The notes under the pieces were generated by a model. It saw only the letters and a program-made list of their open reading frames with translations, did no database searches and was not told where the DNA came from. A program made the translations under genes and the position numbers. From Psychroflexus sp. (GTDB lineage Bacteria > Bacteroidota > Bacteroidia > Flavobacteriales > Flavobacteriaceae), in assembly GCA_965656295.1 (NCBI GenBank), contig CBFHKB010000002.1, positions 5,992 to 69,991 on the forward strand: DNA of 64,000 bases, written 5' to 3'. This document shows, piece after piece, positions 46,281 to 54,701 of the stretch. Numbering within the stretch: the first letter of the stretch is position 1; every line of letters begins with the position of its first letter.

Positions 46281-46733
46281 ATGACTTTAGATAAAATTCT
46301 TTCTATATCAGGAAAACCAGGCTTATATGAGTTGGCTGCTAAAACTAGAAATGGTTTTATTGCCAAGTCCTTAATCGATGGTAAAAAGTTGCCCGTTAAC
46401 ATTCAAAATAACGTGAGCATGCTTAGTGAAATTGCTATTTACACCTATACTGAAGAAATCCCTCTAAATGTGGTGTTTAATGAAATTAATAAAAAAATAG
46501 AAGGTCAAAAGGCCATAGATCACAAATCGTCTAAAGCCCAGTTAGAAGAGTTTTTGCGTGAAGTATTACCTGAGTATGATGAAGATCGCGTATACACAAG
46601 TGATATTAAGAAATTAATTCAGTGGTATAACATCTTAGTCGATCAAAATTTCGATTTTCAAGCTGAAGTTGATGAAAAAGAAGAAGAGTCTGAGCCTAAA
46701 TCGACAGAAGCTAAAACAACCTCAAAAGCTTAA
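46281..46733 (+). CDS. DUF5606-like protein with an acidic C-terminal tail
   Basis: ILSISGKPGLYEL N-terminus typical of this Bacteroidota family (from memory). Followed by a terminator. Confidence 0.55.
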   Translation: MTLDKILSISGKPGLYELAAKTRNGFIAKSLIDGKKLPVNIQNNVSMLSEIAIYTYTEEIPLNVVFNEINKKIEGQKAIDHKSSKAQLEEFLREVLPEYDEDRVYTSDIKKLIQWYNILVDQNFDFQAEVDEKEEESEPKSTEAKTTSKA

Positions 46734-46756
46734 GAAAAACATCAATAAATTATTGA

Positions 46757-46784
46757 CCTCAAATTTTAGATTTGGGGTTTTTTT
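46757..46784 (+). terminator. rho-independent terminator after the DUF5606-like gene
   Basis: CCTCAAAT-TTTAG-ATTTGGGG stem (one G-U pair) followed by T7. Confidence 0.7.
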
Positions 46785-46812
46785 ATGCGTAATTTTAAGC
46801 AAATTATAATTT

Positions 46813-47592
46813 ATGGCGACTAGAGAAACCCAATTGCAAGCCTTCGGTAGGCTACTTGATATTATGGACGATTTACGCGAAAAATGTCCATGGGACCAAA
46901 AGCAAACCCTTGAGAGTTTAAGGCACTTAACCATAGAAGAAGTTTATGAACTCGGCGATGCTATTTTAGATCATGATTTAGAAGAAGTTAAAAAGGAACT
47001 TGGAGATGTGCTTTTACATATTGTATTTTATGCTAAAATAGGGAGCGAAAAAAAGGCTTTTGATATTGCTGATGTGGCCAATGGAATATGCGATAAGCTT
47101 ATAGACCGCCACCCTCATATTTATGGTGATGTTAAATTGGCTAATGAAGATGACGTGAAAAAGAACTGGGAAGCCTTAAAACTCAAAGAGGGTAAATCTT
47201 CGGTGTTGGAAGGTGTTCCAAAATCCTTGCCTGCAATGGTTAAAGCCAATCGCATTCAAGATAAAGTGGCTGGAGTAGGATTTGATTGGGAGCATGATCA
47301 CCAAGTGTTTGATAAAGTCAAGGAAGAGTTAGATGAACTTTCGAGTGAGGTTCGTCAAGGAAATGCTGATCAAGTTGAAGCTGAGTTTGGAGATGTTTTA
47401 TTTTCAATAATTAATTATGCCCGTTTCCTAGGGGTAAATCCCGAAAATGCTCTTGAACGAACCAATAAAAAATTTATCAATCGTTTTCAGTTTATGGAAA
47501 AAGCAACCAAAGCAGACCATCTTCAACTAAAAGATTTAACTTTAGAACAAATGGATGTTTATTGGGAAAAGGCAAAGCTTTTTGAAAAGTAG
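46813..47592 (+). CDS. mazG: nucleoside triphosphate pyrophosphohydrolase MazG
   Basis: Tandem MazG domains (CPWDQKQT..EEVYE..ELGDVLL and EELDE..EFGDVLFS). Confidence 0.9.
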   Translation: MATRETQLQAFGRLLDIMDDLREKCPWDQKQTLESLRHLTIEEVYELGDAILDHDLEEVKKELGDVLLHIVFYAKIGSEKKAFDIADVANGICDKLIDRHPHIYGDVKLANEDDVKKNWEALKLKEGKSSVLEGVPKSLPAMVKANRIQDKVAGVGFDWEHDHQVFDKVKEELDELSSEVRQGNADQVEAEFGDVLFSIINYARFLGVNPENALERTNKKFINRFQFMEKATKADHLQLKDLTLEQMDVYWEKAKLFEK

Positions 47593-47668
47593 AAGTTCAA
47601 ATCTTAACGCTCAAAGTTTTTAATTGGAAGTCGCATTGGTTATAATTGCTGAAATTTAAAATTATATT

Positions 47669-48121
47669 ATGTTACGAAAATTTTTTTTTACCGTATGTGT
47701 TTTATTTGCAAGTTTAAGCTTTGCGCAAACTGAAGATAGTAGTATCTCAGATAAGCAATTAGAACAATTTGCTAATGCTTATCAAGTCGTACAACAAGAA
47801 AGCATGAAAATTCAACAGCAAATGATGGGTGTTATTCAAGAAACGGGTTTACAGCCTCAACGTTTTAACGAAATGTACCAAGCCTCTAACAATCCTAATA
47901 AAGAAGTTGAAGCTACCGAAGAAGAAAAAAAGAAATTCGAATCGGCACTTGCTAAAATTGAAAGTATGCAGAAAACCATACAAGCTTCAATGGAAGAAAA
48001 GATTAAATCAAGTGGAATAGAGATGAAGCTTTACGAATCTATCATGGCTAAAATGCAATCTAGTCCAGAATTACAACAGCGTTTGCAATCTATCATGATG
48101 AAGTCTGGAAGTAGTCAATAG
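47669..48121 (+). CDS. secreted helical protein (DUF4168-like)
   Basis: Signal peptide and Q/E/K/M-rich helical repeats. The family call is from memory. Confidence 0.5.
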   Translation: MLRKFFFTVCVLFASLSFAQTEDSSISDKQLEQFANAYQVVQQESMKIQQQMMGVIQETGLQPQRFNEMYQASNNPNKEVEATEEEKKKFESALAKIESMQKTIQASMEEKIKSSGIEMKLYESIMAKMQSSPELQQRLQSIMMKSGSSQ

Positions 48122-48154
48122 TAATTAAGTTCTATTTGAACTAAGTTATAAATT

Positions 48155-48186
48155 AAAAAGTCCAAATCTTTAGATTTGGACTTTTT
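48155..48186. terminator. bidirectional terminator between the convergent DUF4168-like and nuclease genes
   Basis: A5-GTCCAAATCT-TT-AGATTTGGAC-T5. Confidence 0.75.
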
Positions 48187-48205
48187 AATTTAAAGGCTTA
48201 TGTTT

Positions 48206-50119
48206 TTACCTAATTATAAGCTTTTCAACACGTTTATGACCTTTATAAGATTGGATTTCTAAGAGATATATCCCTTGTTGAATACCTTCAACCGAATAAA
48301 CTTGGTTTTTTCCAGAGACTTCATTTGTTCTCATTAATTTCCCATTCAAATCATAAATCTGAATTTGTGAGAGTTCAGTCTCACTATTCACGTAAATAAT
48401 TTTATTTTTAGTAGGATTAGGGTAAATCTTTAATTGAATAGAATTAGGGTTAAAGGCGCTAAGCACTTCAGCTTCAATTCTGAAATTATCTACGGTCCAA
48501 CGGGTTGCATTTTGGCCATCTGTGGTGTCATATTTAAAGGCTAGAAATACGTTGCTACCATTAATAGCTGAAATATCTAATTGTATAAAGTCATAAAATT
48601 CTTCTTCACTTCCGCCAGTAGAATGAAGAGGAATGTTAACGTTAGGTACCGTGTTCCAAGTTGATTGTGATGGACTGTTTTCACTTGAATAATCGGTAGA
48701 ATACAAAAGCTGTAGTGGTGTGTTTCCAAAACTAGCATCTACGTAAAAACTCAGTAAAGCAGTAGAAATAGCGTCGAAATTTAGTGGCTCACTGGTAATT
48801 AACCAATCAATACCGCTTTCGGTGCTACCGCCGCTAAAAGCATTCATCTGGTAGCTTCCTGAATTGTTTTCTCCAAATTCATCGGTACATGTCCATTCTT
48901 CATTACCGGATTCACTAATAGACTCAAAAGCAACGTTATTACAATTGTTGAAGTCTTCGTCTATTAAATAATTTGGAGCTGCAAGAGTAGTGACCTCAAG
49001 GTTATTGCTAGGGTTTGAAGTATTACCACTGCCATCTAAAGCAACAATTCTGAAATTATAAAGTGTTTCTGGCGCCAGCCCATTTACTTGATAGCTTAAT
49101 TGGTTTTGGTCTACACTCGCTAGGCTCACATTATCTTGTTCAATACTATATTCAGTTACGGCTACGTTATCTGTTGAGGCAGTCCAACTTAATTGTACAC
49201 TTGAATCTGTGGTATTTGTCGCTGATAAATTTAAAGGTGCTGTTGGCGCTTCTGTATCAGGATTGGGATCCCAAATTAATTGTACAAATTGAGGGTTGTC
49301 TATAAATGGATTTCGGTTACCCTGAAACATAAAACCATTATTATTTCGATCTATTTCTTTTTGACTTACAGGGTCACTTAAATGCCAGCTTATTAATAAA
49401 TCAATGTACCACTGCACATAAAATTGATTAGGATCGTTATCTGTTAGTACTTCGTTATTATCCCAGCTTGAGCTAAATTCTTGTTCGTATCTAACTGCAA
49501 AATATAGTACTGAACGAGCAATGTCGCCTTTAAATTCATCTATAGGCTCAAACACAGTACCATTATAACCTGGAAAGGTATTTGGACCACGTTTTGAACC
49601 ATTGGTCGAAGTCCATGCTGCGTTGCTAACTTCGCCAAAAGGGAAACTACCGCGTTGTCCATTGACGTAACCATCTGTTGGAATCACATGAAAATAGTCA
49701 TTTTTCATTGGGGATGCACTATTAAAAGTTGATTGTGGTACTAAATGTTCACGGTTGTAGCAGTCATTTTCACTATTATAGTTACCACATTGAGCATTGA
49801 AGTGATTGTAATTATAGCTGTCTTGAGTCGTTGGTTTTTCGGAGTACATATCTAATACAGTTCCATCATCTTCATAATAATTATCTGTATCGCCGCTATT
49901 TGGATTTGAATAGGCATCGTATAGAGCGCCATAACCTTGGTCTTCATGAAACGGGAACCCATTACCATCATTAACATCATCTATAATTTGATTCAAAGCT
50001 GTTTTTAAATTATATCCAGTTAAACCTTGTGCATTATCATAATAACCGGTTGGGGCTTGCGCTTGGGAAAGTGAACTTAAGCCAATTAAAAGGCTTAAAA
50101 AGTAAATTATTTTGTTCAT
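48206..50119 (-). CDS. secreted endonuclease I family nuclease with an FN3 domain, an additional beta-sandwich domain and a T9SS C-terminal sorting domain
   Basis: Signal peptide and an endonuclease I-like core (NREHLVPQS, DYFHVIPTDG, GDIARSVLYF, NRNPFIDNP). FN3 (APTAPLNLSATN..VQLSW..YNFRIVALD). C-terminal Por_Secre_tail pattern (KIYPNPTKNKIIYV..IQIYDLNGKL..GIYLLEI). Confidence 0.82.
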   Translation of the reverse strand: MNKIIYFLSLLIGLSSLSQAQAPTGYYDNAQGLTGYNLKTALNQIIDDVNDGNGFPFHEDQGYGALYDAYSNPNSGDTDNYYEDDGTVLDMYSEKPTTQDSYNYNHFNAQCGNYNSENDCYNREHLVPQSTFNSASPMKNDYFHVIPTDGYVNGQRGSFPFGEVSNAAWTSTNGSKRGPNTFPGYNGTVFEPIDEFKGDIARSVLYFAVRYEQEFSSSWDNNEVLTDNDPNQFYVQWYIDLLISWHLSDPVSQKEIDRNNNGFMFQGNRNPFIDNPQFVQLIWDPNPDTEAPTAPLNLSATNTTDSSVQLSWTASTDNVAVTEYSIEQDNVSLASVDQNQLSYQVNGLAPETLYNFRIVALDGSGNTSNPSNNLEVTTLAAPNYLIDEDFNNCNNVAFESISESGNEEWTCTDEFGENNSGSYQMNAFSGGSTESGIDWLITSEPLNFDAISTALLSFYVDASFGNTPLQLLYSTDYSSENSPSQSTWNTVPNVNIPLHSTGGSEEEFYDFIQLDISAINGSNVFLAFKYDTTDGQNATRWTVDNFRIEAEVLSAFNPNSIQLKIYPNPTKNKIIYVNSETELSQIQIYDLNGKLMRTNEVSGKNQVYSVEGIQQGIYLLEIQSYKGHKRVEKLIIR

Positions 50120-50123
50120 GTAA

Positions 50124-51347
50124 CTAATTTGTTTTCTTTTTTAAAACTGCTAAATAGAATCCGTCATAGCCGCTTGTGTGCGACATGATTTTATAATCTT
50201 TTAATAATTCAAAGGACTGTCCATGATCTGAGCTTAAAAATATGTTGACTTGATCTTGGTTTTCTCTAGGTAGTATAGAACAAGTTGCATACACCAATAG
50301 ACCATCTTTTTTAAGTATTTGGCTGTAACGCTGTAAAATCTCTTGCTGTTCTTTAACAATTTGAGCTACAAAGTCTTCGCTAAGTTTCCATTTAGCGTCT
50401 GGGTTACGTCTTAAAACGCCAAGGCCTGTGCAAGGAGCATCGATTAAAACACGATCGGCTGAATTATATAACTTCTTAATAACCTTCGAATTTTCAATTG
50501 GTCGAGTTTCTATGTTATGAGCGCCAGCTCTTTTAGCGCGACGTTTTAATTCTTTAAGTTTGTTGGCATAAATATCTAAGGCAATTATTTGTCCTTTGTT
50601 TTCCATCAAAGCAGCTAAGTGAAGGCTTTTGCCTCCGGCTCCAGCACAAGTGTCAACCACTCGCATGCCAGGACTAACATCTAATGCCTCAGCAATTCTT
50701 TGAGAAGAAGCATCTTGCACCTCAAAAAAGCCTTTTTTAAAACTATCGGTTTTAAATACATCTTTACGTTCGTATAACTCTAATGCTGAAGGGTGATTTT
50801 TAATAGATTTTGTGGCAATCCCTTCTTCGTCTAGTTGAAACTGCGCTTCTTTAAGGCTTGTTTTAAGCGTGTTTACCCTTAAAACTACAGGTGCTTGTTG
50901 GTTAAGAGCAGCAATTTCTTTAGTCCATATCGAATCCCCGAGTTCTTTTTCTCCTAGATTATCTAACCAATCAGGAATAGACTCACGGTATTTTCTGATT
51001 TTTGATAATTCATCAAACCTACCTTTGATTCGTCTTGTAGGGGTTGCTTCAAATTGTGGCCAATCTGGTATTTCGATTCCTTTTAATGTAGCCCAAACGG
51101 TAAAGAGTCTAAATAAGTTTGGTCTAGAGTAGGGAGACTTGACTTCAGCAATATTAGAGTACAAACGTTTCCATCTTACAATATCGTAAGTTGTTTCGGC
51201 AATAAAACCTCTGTCTCTTGATCCCCAACGTTTATCGCGCTTTAGTGTCTTTGAGATTTCTTTATCGGCATATTTATTATCATTAAATATGGAGTGAAGT
51301 GTATCCACGACAGCAAATACTAAATTCCTATGTAGGCGCATTAACAA
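50124..51347 (-). CDS. RsmB/NOP2/Sun family SAM-dependent RNA m5C methyltransferase
   Basis: DTCAGAGGKS (SAM), DAPCTGLGVLRRNPD and ATCSILPRENQ (catalytic Cys motifs). Confidence 0.85.
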   Translation of the reverse strand: MLMRLHRNLVFAVVDTLHSIFNDNKYADKEISKTLKRDKRWGSRDRGFIAETTYDIVRWKRLYSNIAEVKSPYSRPNLFRLFTVWATLKGIEIPDWPQFEATPTRRIKGRFDELSKIRKYRESIPDWLDNLGEKELGDSIWTKEIAALNQQAPVVLRVNTLKTSLKEAQFQLDEEGIATKSIKNHPSALELYERKDVFKTDSFKKGFFEVQDASSQRIAEALDVSPGMRVVDTCAGAGGKSLHLAALMENKGQIIALDIYANKLKELKRRAKRAGAHNIETRPIENSKVIKKLYNSADRVLIDAPCTGLGVLRRNPDAKWKLSEDFVAQIVKEQQEILQRYSQILKKDGLLVYATCSILPRENQDQVNIFLSSDHGQSFELLKDYKIMSHTSGYDGFYLAVLKKKTN

Positions 51348-51370
51348 ATTTTTGCGACAAATTTAAGCAA

Positions 51371-51802
51371 TTAGTTGTTACTCGAAGATTTAGAGCTGTA
51401 TTGTTTTATCAGTTTTTTGTTAAAGTCATATTCTGCTTTTTTAAGCATCATAATTTGTTTAGGAGAAATGACTTCTTTTAACTCTCTAACATAATTAACT
51501 CTAAGTTTATTACGTTGAGACTTATACTCTAAATAATCGCTGAGTAACTGGTTGGCCTGAGTTTCAGATAAACTTTCAATTTTGTCTAAGCGTTTTTTAA
51601 TTGATGACCAATCTTGATCTCTCAAGTTATAGTAAATTTTAGTATGCTTGTTGTAAACGGGCCAAAATAATTTGGCTTCTTCAGGGGAAAGTTCAAGTTC
51701 CTCTGTGAAAAACGCAATTTTAAGCTGCTCTATTTTGTCATCAGTTTGACTAAAACTTAAGCTGCTTAATGTGATAATTAGTATAAACAGTATTTTTTTC
51801 AT
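51371..51802 (-). CDS. periplasmic Spy/CpxP-like helical protein
   Basis: Signal peptide (MKKILFILIITLSSLSFSQ; start moved to the ATG at 51800-51802) and repeated LTxxQ-like motifs (LSPEEA, LSETQA, ISPKQI). Confidence 0.6.
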   Translation of the reverse strand: MKKILFILIITLSSLSFSQTDDKIEQLKIAFFTEELELSPEEAKLFWPVYNKHTKIYYNLRDQDWSSIKKRLDKIESLSETQANQLLSDYLEYKSQRNKLRVNYVRELKEVISPKQIMMLKKAEYDFNKKLIKQYSSKSSSNN

Positions 51803-51803
51803 T

Positions 51804-52286
51804 TTAGTTATTTGAATAATCATTATCGTATAAGTCGTCACCAAGGTAATTAGCAATTTCTTCAGAGCTTAGTTTCGAACTTTCAACATTATTGAAGTCT
51901 ATAATTAAACTACTATTAATATAATCTTCAGGATTATCTAATTCATATTCGATGTAATTCTCGATTTCACTTGGGGCAATTGTTGAAAAGTAAGTGGTTT
52001 GTGGAGCAATTTTAGAATTGTAGTTAAGTGCTAAAACAATTGCAGCTATCGCAGCAGCCATGCTCGAAACAAAAGCAATTACTTTTGTTCTAAGTGGTAT
52101 AACTTTAGAGGTTAGAGGCGTGTTGACTTTAAAGTCTTCAAAATAGTTTGAAGGAACTTTAAAATGGTCTTTAGTTAAAAGGTCCAGTTCGTTAATCTCA
52201 AACTCCTTAAAGTAGTTGTCTGGGGTTTTAAAACCTGACTTTTTCTGATATGTTTTCTTAATTTTATTCATTTGATTATTAGACAC
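51804..52286 (-). CDS. single-pass membrane protein, candidate anti-sigma factor
   Basis: Lies directly downstream of the ECF sigma gene. Central TM helix (VIAFVSSMAAAIAAIVLAL) and a cytoplasmic N-terminus with two PxNYFxxF repeats. No HxxxCxxC zinc motif. Confidence 0.5.
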   Translation of the reverse strand: MSNNQMNKIKKTYQKKSGFKTPDNYFKEFEINELDLLTKDHFKVPSNYFEDFKVNTPLTSKVIPLRTKVIAFVSSMAAAIAAIVLALNYNSKIAPQTTYFSTIAPSEIENYIEYELDNPEDYINSSLIIDFNNVESSKLSSEEIANYLGDDLYDNDYSNN

Positions 52287-52303
52287 TTTATGAATTTAAA
52301 GGT

Positions 52304-52843
52304 TTAATTATTTTTCAAATATTTTTCAATTTTTTTTGTGGCGTGATGGTAATTAGATTTCAATGCGCCTTCGCTTGTATTTAATATTTCAGACATTTCT
52401 TTATAAGGTAAATCTTCAAAATATTTCATCATAAACACTTGTTTTTGTTTTTCAGGAAGCGTTTCTATAGCTTTTTGCAGTTTTAACTGAATTTGATCAC
52501 CTTCGAAATATACATCACTTTCTAACGAGTTAATAATGTAGTCTTTGAGTTCAGGAACACTAATGTTTTTTTTCTTAGCTTTTTTATTTAAAAAAGTGAT
52601 AGACTCGTTTGTTGCGATACGGTACATCCAACTGTATAATTTACTTTCGCCTTTAAAACGTTTGATATTTTTATAGACCTTCACAAAGGTGTTCTGTAGA
52701 ACATCATCAGCATCTTCATGTGTTTTGACCATATGCCTTATATGCCAGTAGAGCCTCACTTTGTGTTCGTTTACCAAAGCGGAGAATGCTTCTTCAGAGC
52801 GTTGTCCAGATTTTAAATTAGATATGATTTCCTCTTCTGTCAA
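52304..52843 (-). CDS. ECF-type RNA polymerase sigma-70 family factor
   Basis: Region 2 (DADDVLQNTFVKVY..SWMYRIATNE) and region 4 (LPEKQKQVFMMKYFEDLPYKEMSEILNTSEGALKSNYHHA). Confidence 0.9.
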   Translation of the reverse strand: MTEEEIISNLKSGQRSEEAFSALVNEHKVRLYWHIRHMVKTHEDADDVLQNTFVKVYKNIKRFKGESKLYSWMYRIATNESITFLNKKAKKKNISVPELKDYIINSLESDVYFEGDQIQLKLQKAIETLPEKQKQVFMMKYFEDLPYKEMSEILNTSEGALKSNYHHATKKIEKYLKNN

Positions 52844-52853
52844 TTCACTTTAT

Positions 52854-54689
52854 TTATTCAAAAGATTGCATTTCTACAAGCTTTCTATAGCTTCCATTTT
52901 TCATCATTAAATCTTCATGTTTGCCTTGTTCAACCATTTCACCTCGATGCATGACCACAATTTGATCTGCATTTTGTATGGTTGATAATCGGTGTGCAAT
53001 TACGACAGATGTTCGATTTTGCATCATATTTTCAAGTGCTTTTTGTACCAAGCGCTCACTTTCTGTATCTAATGCTGAAGTTGCTTCGTCTAAAATCATG
53101 ATAGGTGGATTTTTAAGTACCGCACGAGCTATAGATAGCCGCTGTTTTTGACCGCCACTTAATTTATTACCACTATCACCAATATTTGTTTCTAAAGCCT
53201 GGGGTAAACCCATTACGAACTCGTAAGCATTTGCGATTTTAAGTGCTTCTACCAGTTCTTCTTTTGTTGCATTTGGTTTACCGATTCTTAAGTTTTCTGC
53301 AATCGTATCATTAAATAAAATGGAATCCTGTGTTACGAGTCCCATTAGTTGGCGCAAGTCTTTTTGCGTCATCGATTTAACATCGGTTTGATCTAATTTT
53401 ATACGTCCTTTATTAGCGTCATAGAAGCGAGTTAGTAAGTTAGCAATGGTCGATTTTCCACTGCCGGATTGTCCAACAAGTGCAACGGTTTGTCCTTTTT
53501 TAACTGTTAAAGAAAAGTCTTTTAACACATAGTCATCTTCATATTTAAACCATAAGTTTTCAATACGAATTTCAGATTCAAATTTTGATTTTGAAATGAC
53601 ATTTTCGGGATCTTTGATTTGATTATCGGTTTCTAAAATTTCAAGAACACGCTCAGCAGCTGCATTTCCTTTTTTAACATTGTAAGATGCTTTAGAAATT
53701 CCTTTCGCAGGTGTTAGTATATTGTAGGCTAGTCCCATGTATGCAATAAAGCTACTTCCGTCAAGTAAACCATCGGTAAGTACCATATTGCCACCATACC
53801 ATAATAATACCGAAATTACAGCAATTCCTAAAAACTCTGAAGCTGGAGAGGCCAAGTTTTGACGATTGAGTAAGCGGTTTGAATAATTGTAGAAATTGGT
53901 GGTAGATGATTTAAACTTATTATAAAAAATACCTTCGGCATTAAATCCTTTTATAATTTTTAGCCCACCAAGTGTTTCTTCTAAAATAGATAAAAAATAA
54001 CCTTGTTCTTTTTGAACCAGGTCTGATTGCTTTTTAAGTGATTTACCAATTAGTGAAATAACAAATCCAGAAACAGGTATAAATATAAATACAAAAACAG
54101 TTAGCTTAACACTGATTAAAAGCATCATTATAATGGTTACGATAATGGTTAGAGGTTCACGAACAATAAGTTCTAAAATAGATAAGAATGAATGTTGTAT
54201 TTCTAAGACATCACTTGTAATACGTGCAATAGTATCGCCTTTACGCTTTTCTGAATAATGCGATAAAGGAAGTTCCACGGTTTTTTTGTACAATGCATTA
54301 CGCAGATCTTTTAAAACGCCATTACGCAAAAACGTAATAAAAAACATCGCCAGGTAGTTAGATAAATTTTTGAGTAAGAATAAGATAACTACTAAACCAA
54401 TCACTAGCATGAGTGCTTTAGAAGCATCATCTTCAGCAAAATTATTCACTTGGAAGGCAAAATAGTCTTTAAAATAATCTTTTGCAGTTGATAGTCCTTC
54501 GTAGGTTGGTTTGGTTATTACGTCATTCTCTTTGCGCTCGTTTTGGCCAAATAAAACATCCAACATAGGAATTAATGCAATAAACGATAAGGCACTAAAA
54601 ATAGCATAAAACGCATTTGCAATAATATTTAAAACAGCATAACGTTTATAGGGTTTCGCAAAGCGAATAATTTTTTTAAAGTAGATCAT
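52854..54689 (-). CDS. ABC transporter permease/ATPase fusion, MsbA-like exporter
   Basis: Six-TM N-terminal domain. Walker A GQSGSGKST, signature LSGGQKQR and Walker B ILDEATSALD. Confidence 0.9.
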   Translation of the reverse strand: MIYFKKIIRFAKPYKRYAVLNIIANAFYAIFSALSFIALIPMLDVLFGQNERKENDVITKPTYEGLSTAKDYFKDYFAFQVNNFAEDDASKALMLVIGLVVILFLLKNLSNYLAMFFITFLRNGVLKDLRNALYKKTVELPLSHYSEKRKGDTIARITSDVLEIQHSFLSILELIVREPLTIIVTIIMMLLISVKLTVFVFIFIPVSGFVISLIGKSLKKQSDLVQKEQGYFLSILEETLGGLKIIKGFNAEGIFYNKFKSSTTNFYNYSNRLLNRQNLASPASEFLGIAVISVLLWYGGNMVLTDGLLDGSSFIAYMGLAYNILTPAKGISKASYNVKKGNAAAERVLEILETDNQIKDPENVISKSKFESEIRIENLWFKYEDDYVLKDFSLTVKKGQTVALVGQSGSGKSTIANLLTRFYDANKGRIKLDQTDVKSMTQKDLRQLMGLVTQDSILFNDTIAENLRIGKPNATKEELVEALKIANAYEFVMGLPQALETNIGDSGNKLSGGQKQRLSIARAVLKNPPIMILDEATSALDTESERLVQKALENMMQNRTSVVIAHRLSTIQNADQIVVMHRGEMVEQGKHEDLMMKNGSYRKLVEMQSFE

Positions 54690-54701
54690 TACTTTGGGTG
54701 T

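Noticed and set aside
49063-49305. 80-aa plus-strand ORF inside the nuclease gene. Similar antisense ORFs occur at 9012-9218, 11606-11836, 14438-14635, 19473-19712, 20365-20571, 26733-26951, 30000-30212, 30527-30721, 31479-31754, 32903-33106, 33311-33505, 41876-42070, 44479-44664, 44793-45008, 45758-46000, 50869-51132, 55132-55320, 55732-55932, 56602-56876, 57401-57604, 58748-58996, 59843-60061 and 61262-61453.
   Set aside because: All lie antisense or out of frame within longer ORFs that carry clear family signatures. None has independent support.
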